A stretch of DNA of 64,000 nt from Candidatus Culexmicrobium cathedralense (GCA_025061115.1 JANZKC010000001.1:704001-768000), one strand, 5' to 3'; positions 47,898-58,578 are shown, numbered from the stretch's first letter. Notes: a model not told the origin generated them from the letters alone. Numbers and translations are program-made.

Positions 47898-48641
47898 ATG
47901 CTTTCAATAATGGTTATTGGAACAGCAGGATCTGGAAAAAGCGCCCTTACAGCAGCTTTCTCGGAGTGGCTGAGCAACTTGGAGAAGAAGGTGGGAACGA
48001 TAAATCTTGATCCAGGTGTTAAGTGGTTGCCCTACTCCCCAGATGTGGATATCAGGGAGTACATAAGCATCGATGAAGTAATGGAGAAGTATGGGCTGGG
48101 CCCTAATGGAGCGCTCATTGCATGCGTAGACATGATGTCAAATTACATCCAGGAAGTTAGAGAGGAAGTCCGCGACTTAGGAGTTGATTACCTCATCATA
48201 GATACGCCGGGACAAATGGAGCTCTTCGCATTTAGAAGTACGGGTCCATATATAACTGCTAAAATCGGCGGCGAAAAGCTAATCGTACTATGCCTCCTAG
48301 ATTCAATGTTTACAAAATACCCGAGCGATTTCATATCAATTCTTCTGCTAGCAACTTCAGTGCAATACAGATTCCTAAAGCCGCAGATAAATGTGATTTC
48401 AAAGTCAGACATGCTATCCACTGAAGAGAAGATGCGAATAGATAGCTGGATTGAAAATCCAGATGAACTTAGAGCTGCAGTAATGGATGAAAGGCAAGTA
48501 ATGCGGAGAGAGCTTAGCAAAAGAATAAGCGAAATAATAAGTTTAGAGCTGCTGGCAGACCTGGTTTTCACGTCCGCAGCAACATGGGAAGGATTCGACA
48601 ACCTATATGCACTAATACAGAGAATAGCGGGAGAAGTCTAG
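47898..48641 (+). CDS. GPN-loop GTPase
   Basis: GTAGSGKS, NLDPG, YGLGPNGA, DTPGQME and SKSD motifs. Confidence 0.93.
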   Translation: MLSIMVIGTAGSGKSALTAAFSEWLSNLEKKVGTINLDPGVKWLPYSPDVDIREYISIDEVMEKYGLGPNGALIACVDMMSNYIQEVREEVRDLGVDYLIIDTPGQMELFAFRSTGPYITAKIGGEKLIVLCLLDSMFTKYPSDFISILLLATSVQYRFLKPQINVISKSDMLSTEEKMRIDSWIENPDELRAAVMDERQVMRRELSKRISEIISLELLADLVFTSAATWEGFDNLYALIQRIAGEV

Positions 48642-48706
48642 CGCGAAATGGAAGAGTATTTTAATTAGACTTAGGTAAAAGCTGATTGCACAAGAGGAGG
48701 TAGACT

Positions 48707-49402
48707 ATGGAGGAGGTCAAGATTATAATTGAGAAGGCTCTAGCTGAAAACAGGAAGTACTTGTTAGAGAGTGAAGCTAAGAAAATTTGCGCAGCATATG
48801 GTATACCGGTAACGCGATTTAAAGTTGCAACCAGCGAGGAGGAAGCCGTTAAATTTGCCAGGGAATTAGGGTACCCAGTAGTTTTCAAGATAGTTTCGCC
48901 TGACGTAATTCACAAATCAGATGTGGGAGGCGTAATACTTAACATTAAAGATGATGACGATGCGAAGAAAGCCTATAAGCAAATCCTAGAAAACGTCAAG
49001 AAGCACGTGCCGGATGCAAGGATAGTTGGAGTTTTCGTTCAGGAAATGGCACCGCAAGGATTGGAAGTAATAGTTGGAGCAATAAAGGATCCACAGTTCG
49101 GTCCAACAATAATGTTCGGGCTTGGAGGGATTTTCGTGGAAATATTGAAAGACGTTACCTTCAGAATAGCGCCAGTAACCAGGGAAGACGCTGAAGAAAT
49201 GATCAAGGAGATAAAAGGCTACCCACTGCTCAAAGGCTACAGGGGAAAGCCGCCTGCAGATGAGAAGGCAATAATTGACATTATACTTAAAGTGTCGAAG
49301 CTTATAGTAGACTATCCGCAAATAAGCCAGCTGGACTTAAACCCCATATTCGTCTATGAGAAGGGAGCAAAAGTCATCGACGCGAGGATAATACTAGAAT
49401 GA
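48707..49402 (+). CDS. acdB: ADP-forming acyl-CoA synthetase beta subunit (ATP-grasp)
   Basis: GYPVVFKIVSPDVIHKSDVGGV, DPQFGP.IMFGLGG, DLNP and DARI. Confidence 0.9.
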   Translation: MEEVKIIIEKALAENRKYLLESEAKKICAAYGIPVTRFKVATSEEEAVKFARELGYPVVFKIVSPDVIHKSDVGGVILNIKDDDDAKKAYKQILENVKKHVPDARIVGVFVQEMAPQGLEVIVGAIKDPQFGPTIMFGLGGIFVEILKDVTFRIAPVTREDAEEMIKEIKGYPLLKGYRGKPPADEKAIIDIILKVSKLIVDYPQISQLDLNPIFVYEKGAKVIDARIILE

Positions 49403-50295
49403 AAGAAGCGTACGAACAAGCGCTGAAGGAGATAGAAGCCAAAATTAGCGAAGTTGAGAAGCTCATAAAAGATTTGAGAGTAAAGCAAAAGGAACTTAAA
49501 ACTCATCTGAGGAGCATAGTAGAGCACATAAGGAGAGAGAAGCAATCACTGGACGGCATTATTGATGGTGAAAAGAAAATAAAATTAAAGTTAAATGAAA
49601 TAAGAAACAAAATAAGAGAAGTTAAAAATGAAATAAGAAGCATAAAGGAAAGCATCAGGGGGAAAGCGGAGAAAGCGAGAAAAATCAGGCTTCAAGCTAT
49701 AAAGATAAGAAGAGACGTTAGGAGCAGCCTAAAGCAAATCAAAGATAAAATTGAGAAGCTAGAATGGTACTATCAAACGCATCCACTAAGCAAAGAGGAA
49801 GAGAAAAGAATAGTTAGCCAAATAGATGAGCTGCTTAGAAAGGAGAAGAGGCTTGAAAAGGCAAAGTTACTTGAGGAGAAAGCCATTGAACTTCAAGCTG
49901 AAGTCCAAGCTTCCAAAAGCAAAATAAATAAGTTAAAGGAGCAGCTGGAGGAGCTTCTAGGTAAATTAGACGAGTTGAAGGAAGAAAGAGACAAAGTGCA
50001 GCTAGCGAAAAGGGATAAGCTGCAGAAAATATGCAAAATGAAAGATGATGCCAATAGATTTAGAAGCGATCTAAAGATGATCAGTGAAAAACTCAAAGAA
50101 CTTCAAAACCAAATTCTTGAACTCAAGGCTAAGCGTAATGCAATTCTTCTTACAATTGAGAAGGAAAGGGAAAGGGAAGTGATGGTGAGGCTGGCTGAAG
50201 TGGCGAGGGAAAAATTAAGGCGTGGAGAGAAGCTGAGCTTCGAAGAATTTAAAGCACTGATGGAAGTAGATAAAAATGTGATTACAACTTTATAG
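49399..50295 (+). CDS. Archaeal long coiled-coil protein (COG1340-like)
   Basis: Continuous heptads, 'LEWYYQT.PLSKEEEK' and C-terminal 'GEKLSFEE'; typically paired with DUF373. Confidence 0.75.
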   Translation: MKEAYEQALKEIEAKISEVEKLIKDLRVKQKELKTHLRSIVEHIRREKQSLDGIIDGEKKIKLKLNEIRNKIREVKNEIRSIKESIRGKAEKARKIRLQAIKIRRDVRSSLKQIKDKIEKLEWYYQTHPLSKEEEKRIVSQIDELLRKEKRLEKAKLLEEKAIELQAEVQASKSKINKLKEQLEELLGKLDELKEERDKVQLAKRDKLQKICKMKDDANRFRSDLKMISEKLKELQNQILELKAKRNAILLTIEKEREREVMVRLAEVAREKLRRGEKLSFEEFKALMEVDKNVITTL

Positions 50296-50320
50296 TTAGT
50301 TTGGATTTAAGTGAGGCGTA

Positions 50321-51448
50321 ATGAGCGAAGGCGAAGCACAGAAGATGAATAAAGTGTTAATTTTATGTGTTGATAGAGATAATGACGTTGGCATGGTTAC
50401 AGGCGCGAAAAGCCCGATTCTCGGCCGCAATGAAAACTTGAGGGCAGCCACCGAATTCGCGCTAAAAGCCCCCGAAGACTCGGATGTAAATGCTATTTTT
50501 GCTGCAATTGGCCTTTATGATGAGTTGAAGAAAGAGGGAATTGAATGTGAAATAGCAACAATAACTGGGCTAGCTGAGGGCGGCTTAAAGGCGGATATGA
50601 AGATTATTGGAGAGTTAAATCAGGTTTTAGAGAAGTTCCCTGCAGATGGCGTTATACTTGTGACCGATGGAGCAGCAGATGAAGTAGTTATTCCAGTTAT
50701 ACAGTCAAGAATACCCATACTATCAGTTAAGAGAGTGCTTGTGCAGCAGCAGAGAGGTGTTGAGGAAACCTATATCCTAATAGCCCGATATTTAAGGAGA
50801 ATACTGGAGGAGCCGCAGTATGCTAAGATGTTCTTGGGAGTCCCGGGAGTGATATTCCTACTCCTTGCAGCACTAACTATCGCTGGTTATGGACAATACA
50901 CAACGCTGGGAGCTTTAATAGTCATAGGAGCTGCCTTCGTCATTAGGGGGTTTTCAATGGATAAGATTATAATGAGGTGGTGGGCTTCATCCCCAATAAT
51001 TTTCTTCACGGGATTCATAACCCTCATAGCATGTAGCGTAGCAGTTTATGAGGGAGTGAATAGAGTTGTCTCGGAGATGCAGGCGAACCCCGCCTTAATT
51101 TCAAGCATCCCGAAGATGGCTGGCTTCTTCCTCGGCCAAGCTACCGACATATTTCTTGTCGGCATTGGAATTCTCTTAACTGGAAGAATGATAGACAAGT
51201 ACTTGAGGGAAAAGCCGAAGTTATGGCATGACTTTGTTGGATTAATGTTCCTCGGCACCATTCGCCCGGTACTTCAAAATGTATCCTACATATTAACTAC
51301 TCCTGGAAGCAGTCATGAAGCGCTAATTTACTCGCTTATAATTACGGCGGGAATATGCTCCAGCCTCATAGTTACGTTCACTTTGATCGATAAAATCAAG
51401 GAGAGGCGAGGTAGGGGAGGCTCCACGCAAAATGAGCAACAAGGTTAG
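50321..51448 (+). CDS. DUF373 family membrane protein
   Basis: LCVDRDNDVG, PEDSDVN, VTDGAADE and LGVPG followed by TM segments. Confidence 0.88.
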   Translation: MSEGEAQKMNKVLILCVDRDNDVGMVTGAKSPILGRNENLRAATEFALKAPEDSDVNAIFAAIGLYDELKKEGIECEIATITGLAEGGLKADMKIIGELNQVLEKFPADGVILVTDGAADEVVIPVIQSRIPILSVKRVLVQQQRGVEETYILIARYLRRILEEPQYAKMFLGVPGVIFLLLAALTIAGYGQYTTLGALIVIGAAFVIRGFSMDKIIMRWWASSPIIFFTGFITLIACSVAVYEGVNRVVSEMQANPALISSIPKMAGFFLGQATDIFLVGIGILLTGRMIDKYLREKPKLWHDFVGLMFLGTIRPVLQNVSYILTTPGSSHEALIYSLIITAGICSSLIVTFTLIDKIKERRGRGGSTQNEQQG

Positions 51449-52205
51449 ATTGGCAATTATTGGGGGTTCAGGCCTAGAAAAGGCATTTGAAGATGGAGTT
51501 GAAAAACGCATTCAAACACCTTATGGAGCGGTTAGCGTTACAATTGGCACTTTAAGCGGCAAAACAGTGGCCTTCATACCTAGGCATGGAAGGCGCCACG
51601 AAAAACCGCCGCACAAAGTAAACTATAGGGGAAATATTTGGGCTTTAAGTCATCTTGGAGTCGAGAGAATACTAGCTTCAAATGCAGTTGGAGGAATACG
51701 TGATGGACTTAAGCCTGGAGACTTCGTTATCGTGCATGACTTCATAGACTTAACTAAGAGCAGGCCGCTAACATTTTATGAAGGGCCAAAGGTCGTTCAC
51801 GTAGATATGACTGAGCCCTACTGCCCGGAGTTAAGGGGAGTTCTAATTAAAGTTGCCAGAGGCCTTCCAGTAAGAGTTTGGGATGACGGGGTTTACGCTT
51901 GCACTGAAGGACCGAGATTTGAAACACCAGCAGAAATAAAAATGCTAAGGCTGCTGGGAGCTGACGTCGTTGGAATGACGAGCGTCCCCGAAGTTGTTTT
52001 ATCTAGAGAGCTAGGCATATGCTATGCAACTGTATGCGTAGTTACAAATTATGCAGCAGGCATTCAGGAGAGAGTTAGCGCTAAGGAAGTGGAGGAAATT
52101 ATGGGCAATGCAGTACCACTGCTAATAAAGCTATTTGAAAGAGCCATAATGGAAATTCCCGAAAAAAGAAGTTGTAAGTGCAGTGCCTCCTTAATGGAAG
52201 CATGA
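51432..52205 (+). CDS. mtnP: 5'-methylthioadenosine/purine nucleoside phosphorylase
   Basis: IIGGSG, PRHG, PPHKVNYR, EGPRFETPAE, VGMT and VTNYAAG. Confidence 0.9.
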   Translation: MSNKVRLAIIGGSGLEKAFEDGVEKRIQTPYGAVSVTIGTLSGKTVAFIPRHGRRHEKPPHKVNYRGNIWALSHLGVERILASNAVGGIRDGLKPGDFVIVHDFIDLTKSRPLTFYEGPKVVHVDMTEPYCPELRGVLIKVARGLPVRVWDDGVYACTEGPRFETPAEIKMLRLLGADVVGMTSVPEVVLSRELGICYATVCVVTNYAAGIQERVSAKEVEEIMGNAVPLLIKLFERAIMEIPEKRSCKCSASLMEA

Positions 52206-52209
52206 GCGC

Positions 52210-53307
52210 TCAAATTATTCGGCTCAACTCGTTTAGAAGCTCATAACCATCCTCTTTTACTAAAACCATTTCCTCAATCCTAACTCCACCGAAGCCCGGC
52301 ACATATATCCCTGGCTCAACTGTAACTACATTGCCAGCTTGAAGTACATCTTCACTTTGAGGACTTAATCTAGGGTCTTCATGAACACTCAAGCCAACGC
52401 CATGACCTAGGCTATGAACGAAATATTTTCCATAACCCCTCTGAACAATAATTTGCCTCGCAGCCAAATCAACATCTGAAGCCTTAATGCCAGCGGAAAT
52501 CCTGCTTAGTGCAGCTTCAATGGCATCATTGACGCATTCAAACAACTTCATGGCATCCCCACTAACTTTACCCCCAACAACACAGGTTCTCGTGATGTCG
52601 GAGCAGTATCCTCCAAACTTCGCTCCTAAATCGATGACTACAAGCTCGCCGCTTTTTAAAGGCTTATGGGAGGAAAAGCCGTGTGGATAGGCTGACCTCT
52701 CGCCTGAAGCAATAATTGTTTCGAAGGAAAACCACTCAGCGCCAGCTTTTCTCATGGCATGCTCAGCTTCACCAGCGACCTCAACCTCACTAACCCCCTC
52801 TCTCAATGCATTAACCGCAGCTAAAACGCCCCTCTCTGCAATTCTCAAAGCCCTTTTGATGAGCTCAACTTCTTCAGCACTTTTAACTGCTCTCAAATTG
52901 CTGACAATCTTGGATGCAAACTTGAAGCTGTAGCTCTTCAATTTGTCGGCCAAGGCGTTATAAAGTGAGAGCGGCATTACATCCTCCTCAACGCCGACAG
53001 CCCCATTCGCAACAATTTCACTTAGCTCCAGAGAAATTGCCTCAGCAAGCTTTACTCCCCTCTTAACAGCAACTATAGATCCAAGCTTAATGGCCGACGA
53101 TGCCTCTTCATACTCCAATTCTGGAACTAAGAGCACTGGTTCCCCATCAAGAGGCATTAGTAGAGCGGAGCCCCTAGGGAAACCCGTGAAGTAATAGAAA
53201 TTCTCCCTTTTCAATATGATCATTGCATCAAGGGCCTCTTCCTCCATCACCCTTTTAATAGCTGAAAGTCTATTTTTAAAAGTGCTAATGCTCAACATGA
53301 CAAACAC
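52210..53307 (-). CDS. pepQ: Xaa-Pro aminopeptidase/prolidase (M24B)
   Basis: DLGA, SDITRT, HSLGHGVGLSVHE, TVEPGIY and GVRIEE. Confidence 0.9.
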   Translation of the reverse strand: MFVMLSISTFKNRLSAIKRVMEEEALDAMIILKRENFYYFTGFPRGSALLMPLDGEPVLLVPELEYEEASSAIKLGSIVAVKRGVKLAEAISLELSEIVANGAVGVEEDVMPLSLYNALADKLKSYSFKFASKIVSNLRAVKSAEEVELIKRALRIAERGVLAAVNALREGVSEVEVAGEAEHAMRKAGAEWFSFETIIASGERSAYPHGFSSHKPLKSGELVVIDLGAKFGGYCSDITRTCVVGGKVSGDAMKLFECVNDAIEAALSRISAGIKASDVDLAARQIIVQRGYGKYFVHSLGHGVGLSVHEDPRLSPQSEDVLQAGNVVTVEPGIYVPGFGGVRIEEMVLVKEDGYELLNELSRII

Positions 53308-53310
53308 CTG

Positions 53311-54348
53311 GTGGGAACATTATTGATTATGTCTGAAGACATTTTAAGCATTACACTTCAAGTGCGAAAGGAGCTGGGCTACCCAACAGTTAGCCTTCCT
53401 AAGATAATTTCAGTTCGAGTGCATGAGGATGAAGGCAAGATGTACGTGCTATGCGGCGACCGCCCTGATAGGGCAGTTTTAATGGGGCCAGGAGGAAGGG
53501 TTCTAAAGGAGCTGATGAAGAGACTAAATGTTAAAGTCATCGTTGTGAGAGCTTTAACGGACATCATTGCTAGAGCTGAGAGAATAAGGCAGGCAATAGA
53601 GAGGGCGAGGAAAATCATGGATAAACCGGTTCCAAGCAGCGTGAAGAAGCTTCTCAAGGAGCGGCTTATCCCAATGGCTGAAGGAGAGCTAAATGACCCC
53701 ATCAGGCGGCATGTACCTGACTTTGAAGAGATAGATGTTAACGTGGCAGTGGCATTTTCAGGCGGAGTGGATAGTGCTGCCACGCTAGTTTATGCAAAAA
53801 TGCTTGGATTGCATGTAATTTCGATCACAGCCAATCCCGGCCCATTCATAATTCCCAGCCACGTAGAAAAGGCGATTAAATGCTTCAATGAAAAAATTAA
53901 TGTTGACTATACATTCGTTAAGCCAGAGCATAGCTTTGATGATATCATTTCGAAAGCAATGGCAGGTCATGCAGCGCCATGTAAGCGATGCCACGATATT
54001 GTTGAAAGAACCGTGTACGATGAAGCTTTCAAGCGTGGTGCTGAAGCAGTATTCTTTGGAGATCTGCTTCCAACAGGATGCCACTCGATAAGGCTCATAG
54101 GTAATGGCATTAGAGTGAATTTGCCGGCTTTCTTAGCGTTAACTAAAACTGACACCATTATAATTTCCAAGCAGCACGGTCACCCCAATGTTAGCCTCAA
54201 ATATGGCTGCCCCCTCTTGAGGGCAGTCTTAAAGAGGCATAAGCACTTGAGGTTAGCTGCAATTCAGCGAGTATTGAGGGAGACTAGGGCGGGAGTGCTG
54301 GAGCCTAATCAAGCGCTAAAGTTGATAAAGAGCGTAATCGAGCTTTAG
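53311..54348 (+). CDS. KH-like domain plus PP-loop ATPase (COG1365-like)
   Basis: DRPDRAVLMGPGGRV (KH GxxG), AFSGGVDS, PCKRCH, FGDLLPTG and YGCPLL. Confidence 0.75.
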   Translation: MGTLLIMSEDILSITLQVRKELGYPTVSLPKIISVRVHEDEGKMYVLCGDRPDRAVLMGPGGRVLKELMKRLNVKVIVVRALTDIIARAERIRQAIERARKIMDKPVPSSVKKLLKERLIPMAEGELNDPIRRHVPDFEEIDVNVAVAFSGGVDSAATLVYAKMLGLHVISITANPGPFIIPSHVEKAIKCFNEKINVDYTFVKPEHSFDDIISKAMAGHAAPCKRCHDIVERTVYDEAFKRGAEAVFFGDLLPTGCHSIRLIGNGIRVNLPAFLALTKTDTIIISKQHGHPNVSLKYGCPLLRAVLKRHKHLRLAAIQRVLRETRAGVLEPNQALKLIKSVIEL

Positions 54349-55397
54349 CACACCCTTGGTAGGGGCATTCCCACAGGGGGCTCAAGTATCCTCTTGCCGC
54401 CGATTAGAGTCTCCAAGACAACATAGCCTGGACTTTCGCTTCGAGCTTCACCAATTATGGTCGCATCCCTCCCGAGCTTCGTGGACTTAATTGCCTCCAA
54501 CACTTCATCAGCCTTGTCCGCCCTAACTCCTATAACTGCTCTTCCTTCGCATGCCAAATATAGGGGGTCTAGGCCCAGCATTTCAGCTGCAGCTTTCACC
54601 TCATTCTTTATCGGTATTCTATCCTCATTAACCCAAATGCTCACAGCCGACTTCTTCGCAAGTTCATTAAGTGCAGCGGCTAAACCACCTCTCGTAGGGT
54701 CTTTTGCAGCTGAAACGCCTCCAACCTTAAGGGCAGCTTCCATTACCGGCCAAATTGGAGCTACATCAGAAACTATGCTGCACTCGAAGGAGATTCCCTC
54801 TCTAACCGAAATTAGGGATAGCTCATGATCGCCAATGGTGCCGGTTACAATTATTTTGTCTCCTGGTTTAAGTCCGGAATCCCGTATTGCTTTCCCCCTC
54901 TCAACTAAGCCAACTCCAGCAGTGGCGATAACTACTTTATCCACTTTCCCCCGCGGCATAACTTTGAAGTCTCCTCCAATAACCGCTACGCCGACTTCCT
55001 CGGCAGTAGTGGCCATTGAGCGAATTATTCTCTTCAAATCTTGAATCGAGAATCCTTCTTCGACAATTATTGAGTCTAAAATTGCAAGGGGCCTCGCCCC
55101 CATAACTGCCAAGTCATTTATTGTGCCAGCAATAGCTAGTTTCCCTATATCTCCCCCTGGAAAGAATATTGGATCTACAGTGTAGCCGTCAGAGGTCATC
55201 ACGATTTCGAAGTCTTTGAGTGGAATTGTCGAGCCGTCATCCATATCTTTGAGCCCCAACCCTCCAAAAACGCTTCCACGTTTAAAGCCAGCTACTATTA
55301 CCTCCTCAATAAGCCTCACCATTGCTTCGCCGCCGCTACCGTGGATGAGCTCGACCTTATCGCCAGCTGCCACTTCATCACCACCCTTGGAGACCAT
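54345..55397 (-). CDS. hypE: Hydrogenase maturation protein HypE
   Basis: HGSGG, DPIFFPGGDIGKLA, DPTRGG, ACEG and C-terminal PRVC. Confidence 0.95.
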   Translation of the reverse strand: MVSKGGDEVAAGDKVELIHGSGGEAMVRLIEEVIVAGFKRGSVFGGLGLKDMDDGSTIPLKDFEIVMTSDGYTVDPIFFPGGDIGKLAIAGTINDLAVMGARPLAILDSIIVEEGFSIQDLKRIIRSMATTAEEVGVAVIGGDFKVMPRGKVDKVVIATAGVGLVERGKAIRDSGLKPGDKIIVTGTIGDHELSLISVREGISFECSIVSDVAPIWPVMEAALKVGGVSAAKDPTRGGLAAALNELAKKSAVSIWVNEDRIPIKNEVKAAAEMLGLDPLYLACEGRAVIGVRADKADEVLEAIKSTKLGRDATIIGEARSESPGYVVLETLIGGKRILEPPVGMPLPRVC

Positions 55398-55459
55398 AAT
55401 ACTTAATAGTTAGCGATAAAAGTAGCGTTAAATTGATATAAAAAGTAGGAGGCGTAGCA

Positions 55460-55852
55460 GTGAGCTTCTATCAAGGAAAGGATTTGCGCAAACCAAGCGG
55501 CGGAAGAATAAGGCCGCATAGGAAGAAGAGGAAATTCGAGTTAGGGAGACCTCCAACTGAAACACTGCTTGGAAGAGAGGAAATTAGGAAAGTTGAGAGA
55601 GTTAAGGGAGGAAACATTAAGATCAGGTTGAAACTATCGGTTTTCGCCAATGTAACCGACCCAGAAACAGGGAAGACCCAGAGAGTCCCGATCACCAGAG
55701 TTAAGAAGAACCCAGCCAACCCGGACTATTCAAGGCGAGGCGTCATAACAAGAGGGGCAATTATCGAAACACCGCTAGGTGAGGCAGTAATCACTTCAAG
55801 GCCGGGCCAAGATGGCGTTGTAAATGCCGTTTTGATCAAAAGTAAGAAGTAA
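55460..55852 (+). CDS. rps8e: 30S ribosomal protein S8e
   Basis: KRKFELGRPP, NPAN, ITRGAII and TSRPGQDGVVNA. Confidence 0.97.
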   Translation: MSFYQGKDLRKPSGGRIRPHRKKRKFELGRPPTETLLGREEIRKVERVKGGNIKIRLKLSVFANVTDPETGKTQRVPITRVKKNPANPDYSRRGVITRGAIIETPLGEAVITSRPGQDGVVNAVLIKSKK

Positions 55853-55854
55853 TA

Positions 55855-56169
55855 ATGGCGATTTATTTGCGCAAGAGAGATAAGGTAGTTGTTTGGCCCA
55901 TCTACTTCAATTCTAAAGTTAGCAGAAGCTATGGCCGCAAAGTGCCTCTAAGCCTCTCAGTTGAAGATCCTAAACTTGAAGAGGTAGTGGAGGCTGCACG
56001 AAAAGCGGGATTTAATCCGATAACTGAAGTGGACAAGGCATACCCGAAAATGTGGTGGAAGGAGAAAGGCAGAATTCTAGTTGAAAAGCGTGCAAGTAAA
56101 ACTAAAATTCTCAAAGAAATAGCGCTAGCTCTTAAAGAAATTAGGCGTAAAAAGGGGAGAAGCAGTTAG
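55855..56169 (+). CDS. srp19: Signal recognition particle protein SRP19
   Basis: VWPIYF..SRSYGRKVP, KAYP..WW and GRILV. Confidence 0.92.
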   Translation: MAIYLRKRDKVVVWPIYFNSKVSRSYGRKVPLSLSVEDPKLEEVVEAARKAGFNPITEVDKAYPKMWWKEKGRILVEKRASKTKILKEIALALKEIRRKKGRSS

Positions 56170-56262
56170 ATCAAGCGCTTCGATTTTAAGGCGCTCCAGG
56201 GCAAGTGCGCTACACTTATAAGATTATTCTGTATTTCAATAACACGCCTCGGGGTTGATGTA

Positions 56263-56538
56263 TTGAAGCGCCTCGGAAGAGTACTTCGCGTCACGAGGCG
56301 AGGCCTAATCCTTGTTAAGGCAACTGCAGCGCCGCCAATTGATGCGAAAATCCTAGATGCAAAGGGCAGATTTGTAGGGCGAGTTTACGACATCTTTGGA
56401 CCTGTAAAAGCGCCATACGTTCTAGTTAAGCCTTCTACTTCTTTGGATGAGCTGAAAAGCTCCCTGAAAGGTGCGGTTTATTTTCCCGTTACTCCTAAAA
56501 GGAGGTTTAAGTCTTGGAAAAGGGTGAAACGCAAATAG
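56263..56538 (+). CDS. gar1: H/ACA RNP protein Gar1
   Basis: [15 protein letters not shown]; conserved position upstream of tfb. Confidence 0.9.
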   Translation: MKRLGRVLRVTRRGLILVKATAAPPIDAKILDAKGRFVGRVYDIFGPVKAPYVLVKPSTSLDELKSSLKGAVYFPVTPKRRFKSWKRVKRK

Positions 56539-57437
56539 AGAGATGTCCGGAATGCGGTAGTGATAAGCTCATAAGAGATTATGAGAGAGCTGAAATAACC
56601 TGCCTAAATTGCGGGTTAGTCATAAGCGAAAGAATAGCTGATCCTGGACCTGAGTGGAGGGCCTTTGATCAAGAGCAAAAGGAGAAGCGTGCAAGAGTTG
56701 GTGCACCCATGACGCTCACGATACACGACAAGGGACTTTCTACGATAATCGACTGGAGAGATAAGGATAGTTATGGCAAAGACCTGACTCCGAGGAGGAG
56801 AGCTCAAATTTATAGGCTTAGAAAGTGGCAGCGAAGAGTTAGAGTTTCAGATGCATCGGAGAGAAACCTAGCCTTCGCACTACAAGAAATTGAAAGAATA
56901 GCATCGCAACTAGGCTTGCCGAGGAGCGTGCACGAGGAGTCGGCGCTGATCTATAGGAAAGCCGTCGAAGAGAAGCTTGTTAGAGGAAGGTCCATCGAAA
57001 GCATGGCGGCTGCCGCTCTATATGCAGCATGCCGCAGATTTGGCATACCCAGAACACTTGACGAAATAACGAAAGTTGCGCGAGTTGGAAAGAAGGAAAT
57101 TGGGAGAAGCTATAGATTTATAGCTCGAGAGCTCCTGAGAAAGATACCTCCAACCAATCCAATCGAGTACATCCCTAGGCTCGTAAGCCAGCTCGAGCTG
57201 GCGGGAGAAGTTCAAATGAAAGCAAGTGAAATAGTTCAGCAAGCTAGCAAGGTAGGGCTAACTTCAGGCAGAGGCCCAATAGGCGTAGCAGCAGCCGCAG
57301 TTTACATTGCAAGTGTAGTGCTAAATAGAAAGCGCACGCAGAGGGATATTGCAACTGCAGCAGGAGTAACTGAAGTCACGATAAGAAATAGGTACAAAGA
57401 GCTTGTAGAGAGATTAGTAATAGACATACCCCTATAA
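56514..57437 (+). CDS. tfb: Transcription initiation factor B
   Basis: CPECG..CLNCG zinc ribbon, GPEWRAF, two cyclin repeats and [13 protein letters not shown]. Confidence 0.97.
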   Translation: MEKGETQIERCPECGSDKLIRDYERAEITCLNCGLVISERIADPGPEWRAFDQEQKEKRARVGAPMTLTIHDKGLSTIIDWRDKDSYGKDLTPRRRAQIYRLRKWQRRVRVSDASERNLAFALQEIERIASQLGLPRSVHEESALIYRKAVEEKLVRGRSIESMAAAALYAACRRFGIPRTLDEITKVARVGKKEIGRSYRFIARELLRKIPPTNPIEYIPRLVSQLELAGEVQMKASEIVQQASKVGLTSGRGPIGVAAAAVYIASVVLNRKRTQRDIATAAGVTEVTIRNRYKELVERLVIDIPL

Positions 57438-57560
57438 AAACACCAACATTATTTCACATACCCCTTTATTTCACCTCGCAAAACCAGCTCGAGGTTAACG
57501 CGACATAAAAAGAGAAAAATACCATTACACGAATTAGGGTATAATGGGCTGGGAGCAAAC

Positions 57561-57974
57561 TTGCCCAGAGTAAGACTTAGCCTAATGGAGAAGAGGGCCA
57601 TAGAAATAATAAAGAAAGCCGGAGACGAAGGAGTGCTACAAAGTGATTTGTGGAAAATGCTAGGTACAGACAGCAGAGAGGGCTCTAGAATAGCAATAAG
57701 ACTCGAGCGGAAGGGCTTCATCCAAAGAGAACCGACCGTGCACGCTGGCAAGAAAACCTATAGGCTGAGGCTGATAAAACGCCCTCCAAGGAAGATATCG
57801 ATAGCAACCGTCAAAGGATGCCCATGCTTCGTATGCCCAGATTTAACAAAGTGCGGAATAGGCCATTTCATAAATCCAGTAACCTGCAAAAAACTCACCT
57901 CCTGGATAATAGAGCAGATAGCCACCCAATCCATAAGAGAAGAGATGAAAGGTAATGAGAAGGTGGAGGGATAA
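57561..57974 (+). CDS. tfeB: TFE beta / RPC34-like protein (wHTH plus Fe-S cluster domain)
   Basis: GVLQSDLWK..SREGSRI..RLERKGFI wHTH and PCFVC..C...P.TC..L..W; next to tfb. Confidence 0.85.
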   Translation: MPRVRLSLMEKRAIEIIKKAGDEGVLQSDLWKMLGTDSREGSRIAIRLERKGFIQREPTVHAGKKTYRLRLIKRPPRKISIATVKGCPCFVCPDLTKCGIGHFINPVTCKKLTSWIIEQIATQSIREEMKGNEKVEG

Positions 57975-58578
57975 AAAGGATTTTTACTACTTAAAAGCTA
58001 AGGCAGAAGGATATAGATCTCGAGCGGCTTTTAAGCTTAAACAGATACTTAAGAAGTTCAAACTCATAAAGAAGGGAGATGTTGTCGTCGACTTAGGAGC
58101 AGCTCCGGGAGGATGGTTGCAGGTAGCTAGGGAGGCTGTAGGGAATAAGGGAGTCGTCGTAGGGGTGGACGTCGCTTCGATATCACCACTACCGTGGCCA
58201 AATGTTAAAACGATGTTGCTAGACGTCACTTCGAAAGATGCAGCGAAGGAAATTAGGAAGCTTCTACCTAAAGGCTCAGCAGATGTTTTACTTTCAGACT
58301 TAGCTCCCAAAGTTTCTGGAATATGGGATTTAGATCATGCGAGGCAAATCTTCCTAGCTGAAAAGGCCTTAGATATAGCTAAGCAAATCTTGAGGCCGGG
58401 AGGAAACGCGGTCATCAAGATCTTTCAAGGATCCATGACTGAGGACTTCATCCGGAAAATTAAGCAGACATTTAAAGTAGTCAAGCTTTACAAGCCTCCA
58501 GCTTCCCGCAAGGAGAGCGCTGAAATATACATTATTGCAATTAGCATGAAGAGAGGGCCTTGCGAATCTTCGATATAG
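57955..58578 (+). CDS. rlmE: 23S rRNA 2'-O-methyltransferase RlmE/FtsJ
   Basis: GYRSRAAFKL, DLGAAPGGW, SDLAP and ASRKESAE. Confidence 0.93.
   Translation: MRRWRDKKDFYYLKAKAEGYRSRAAFKLKQILKKFKLIKKGDVVVDLGAAPGGWLQVAREAVGNKGVVVGVDVASISPLPWPNVKTMLLDVTSKDAAKEIRKLLPKGSADVLLSDLAPKVSGIWDLDHARQIFLAEKALDIAKQILRPGGNAVIKIFQGSMTEDFIRKIKQTFKVVKLYKPPASRKESAEIYIIAISMKRGPCESSI

Noticed and set aside
49399-50295. Coiled-coil protein as the missing SMC-like arcadin-4
   Set aside because: No ATPase or hinge motifs; its C-terminus and DUF373 neighbour fit the COG1340-type family.
56174-56215. Possible H/ACA RNA upstream of gar1 (AGCGC...GCGCT followed by ACA)
   Set aside because: Too short, with no K-turn or pseudouridylation pocket evident.
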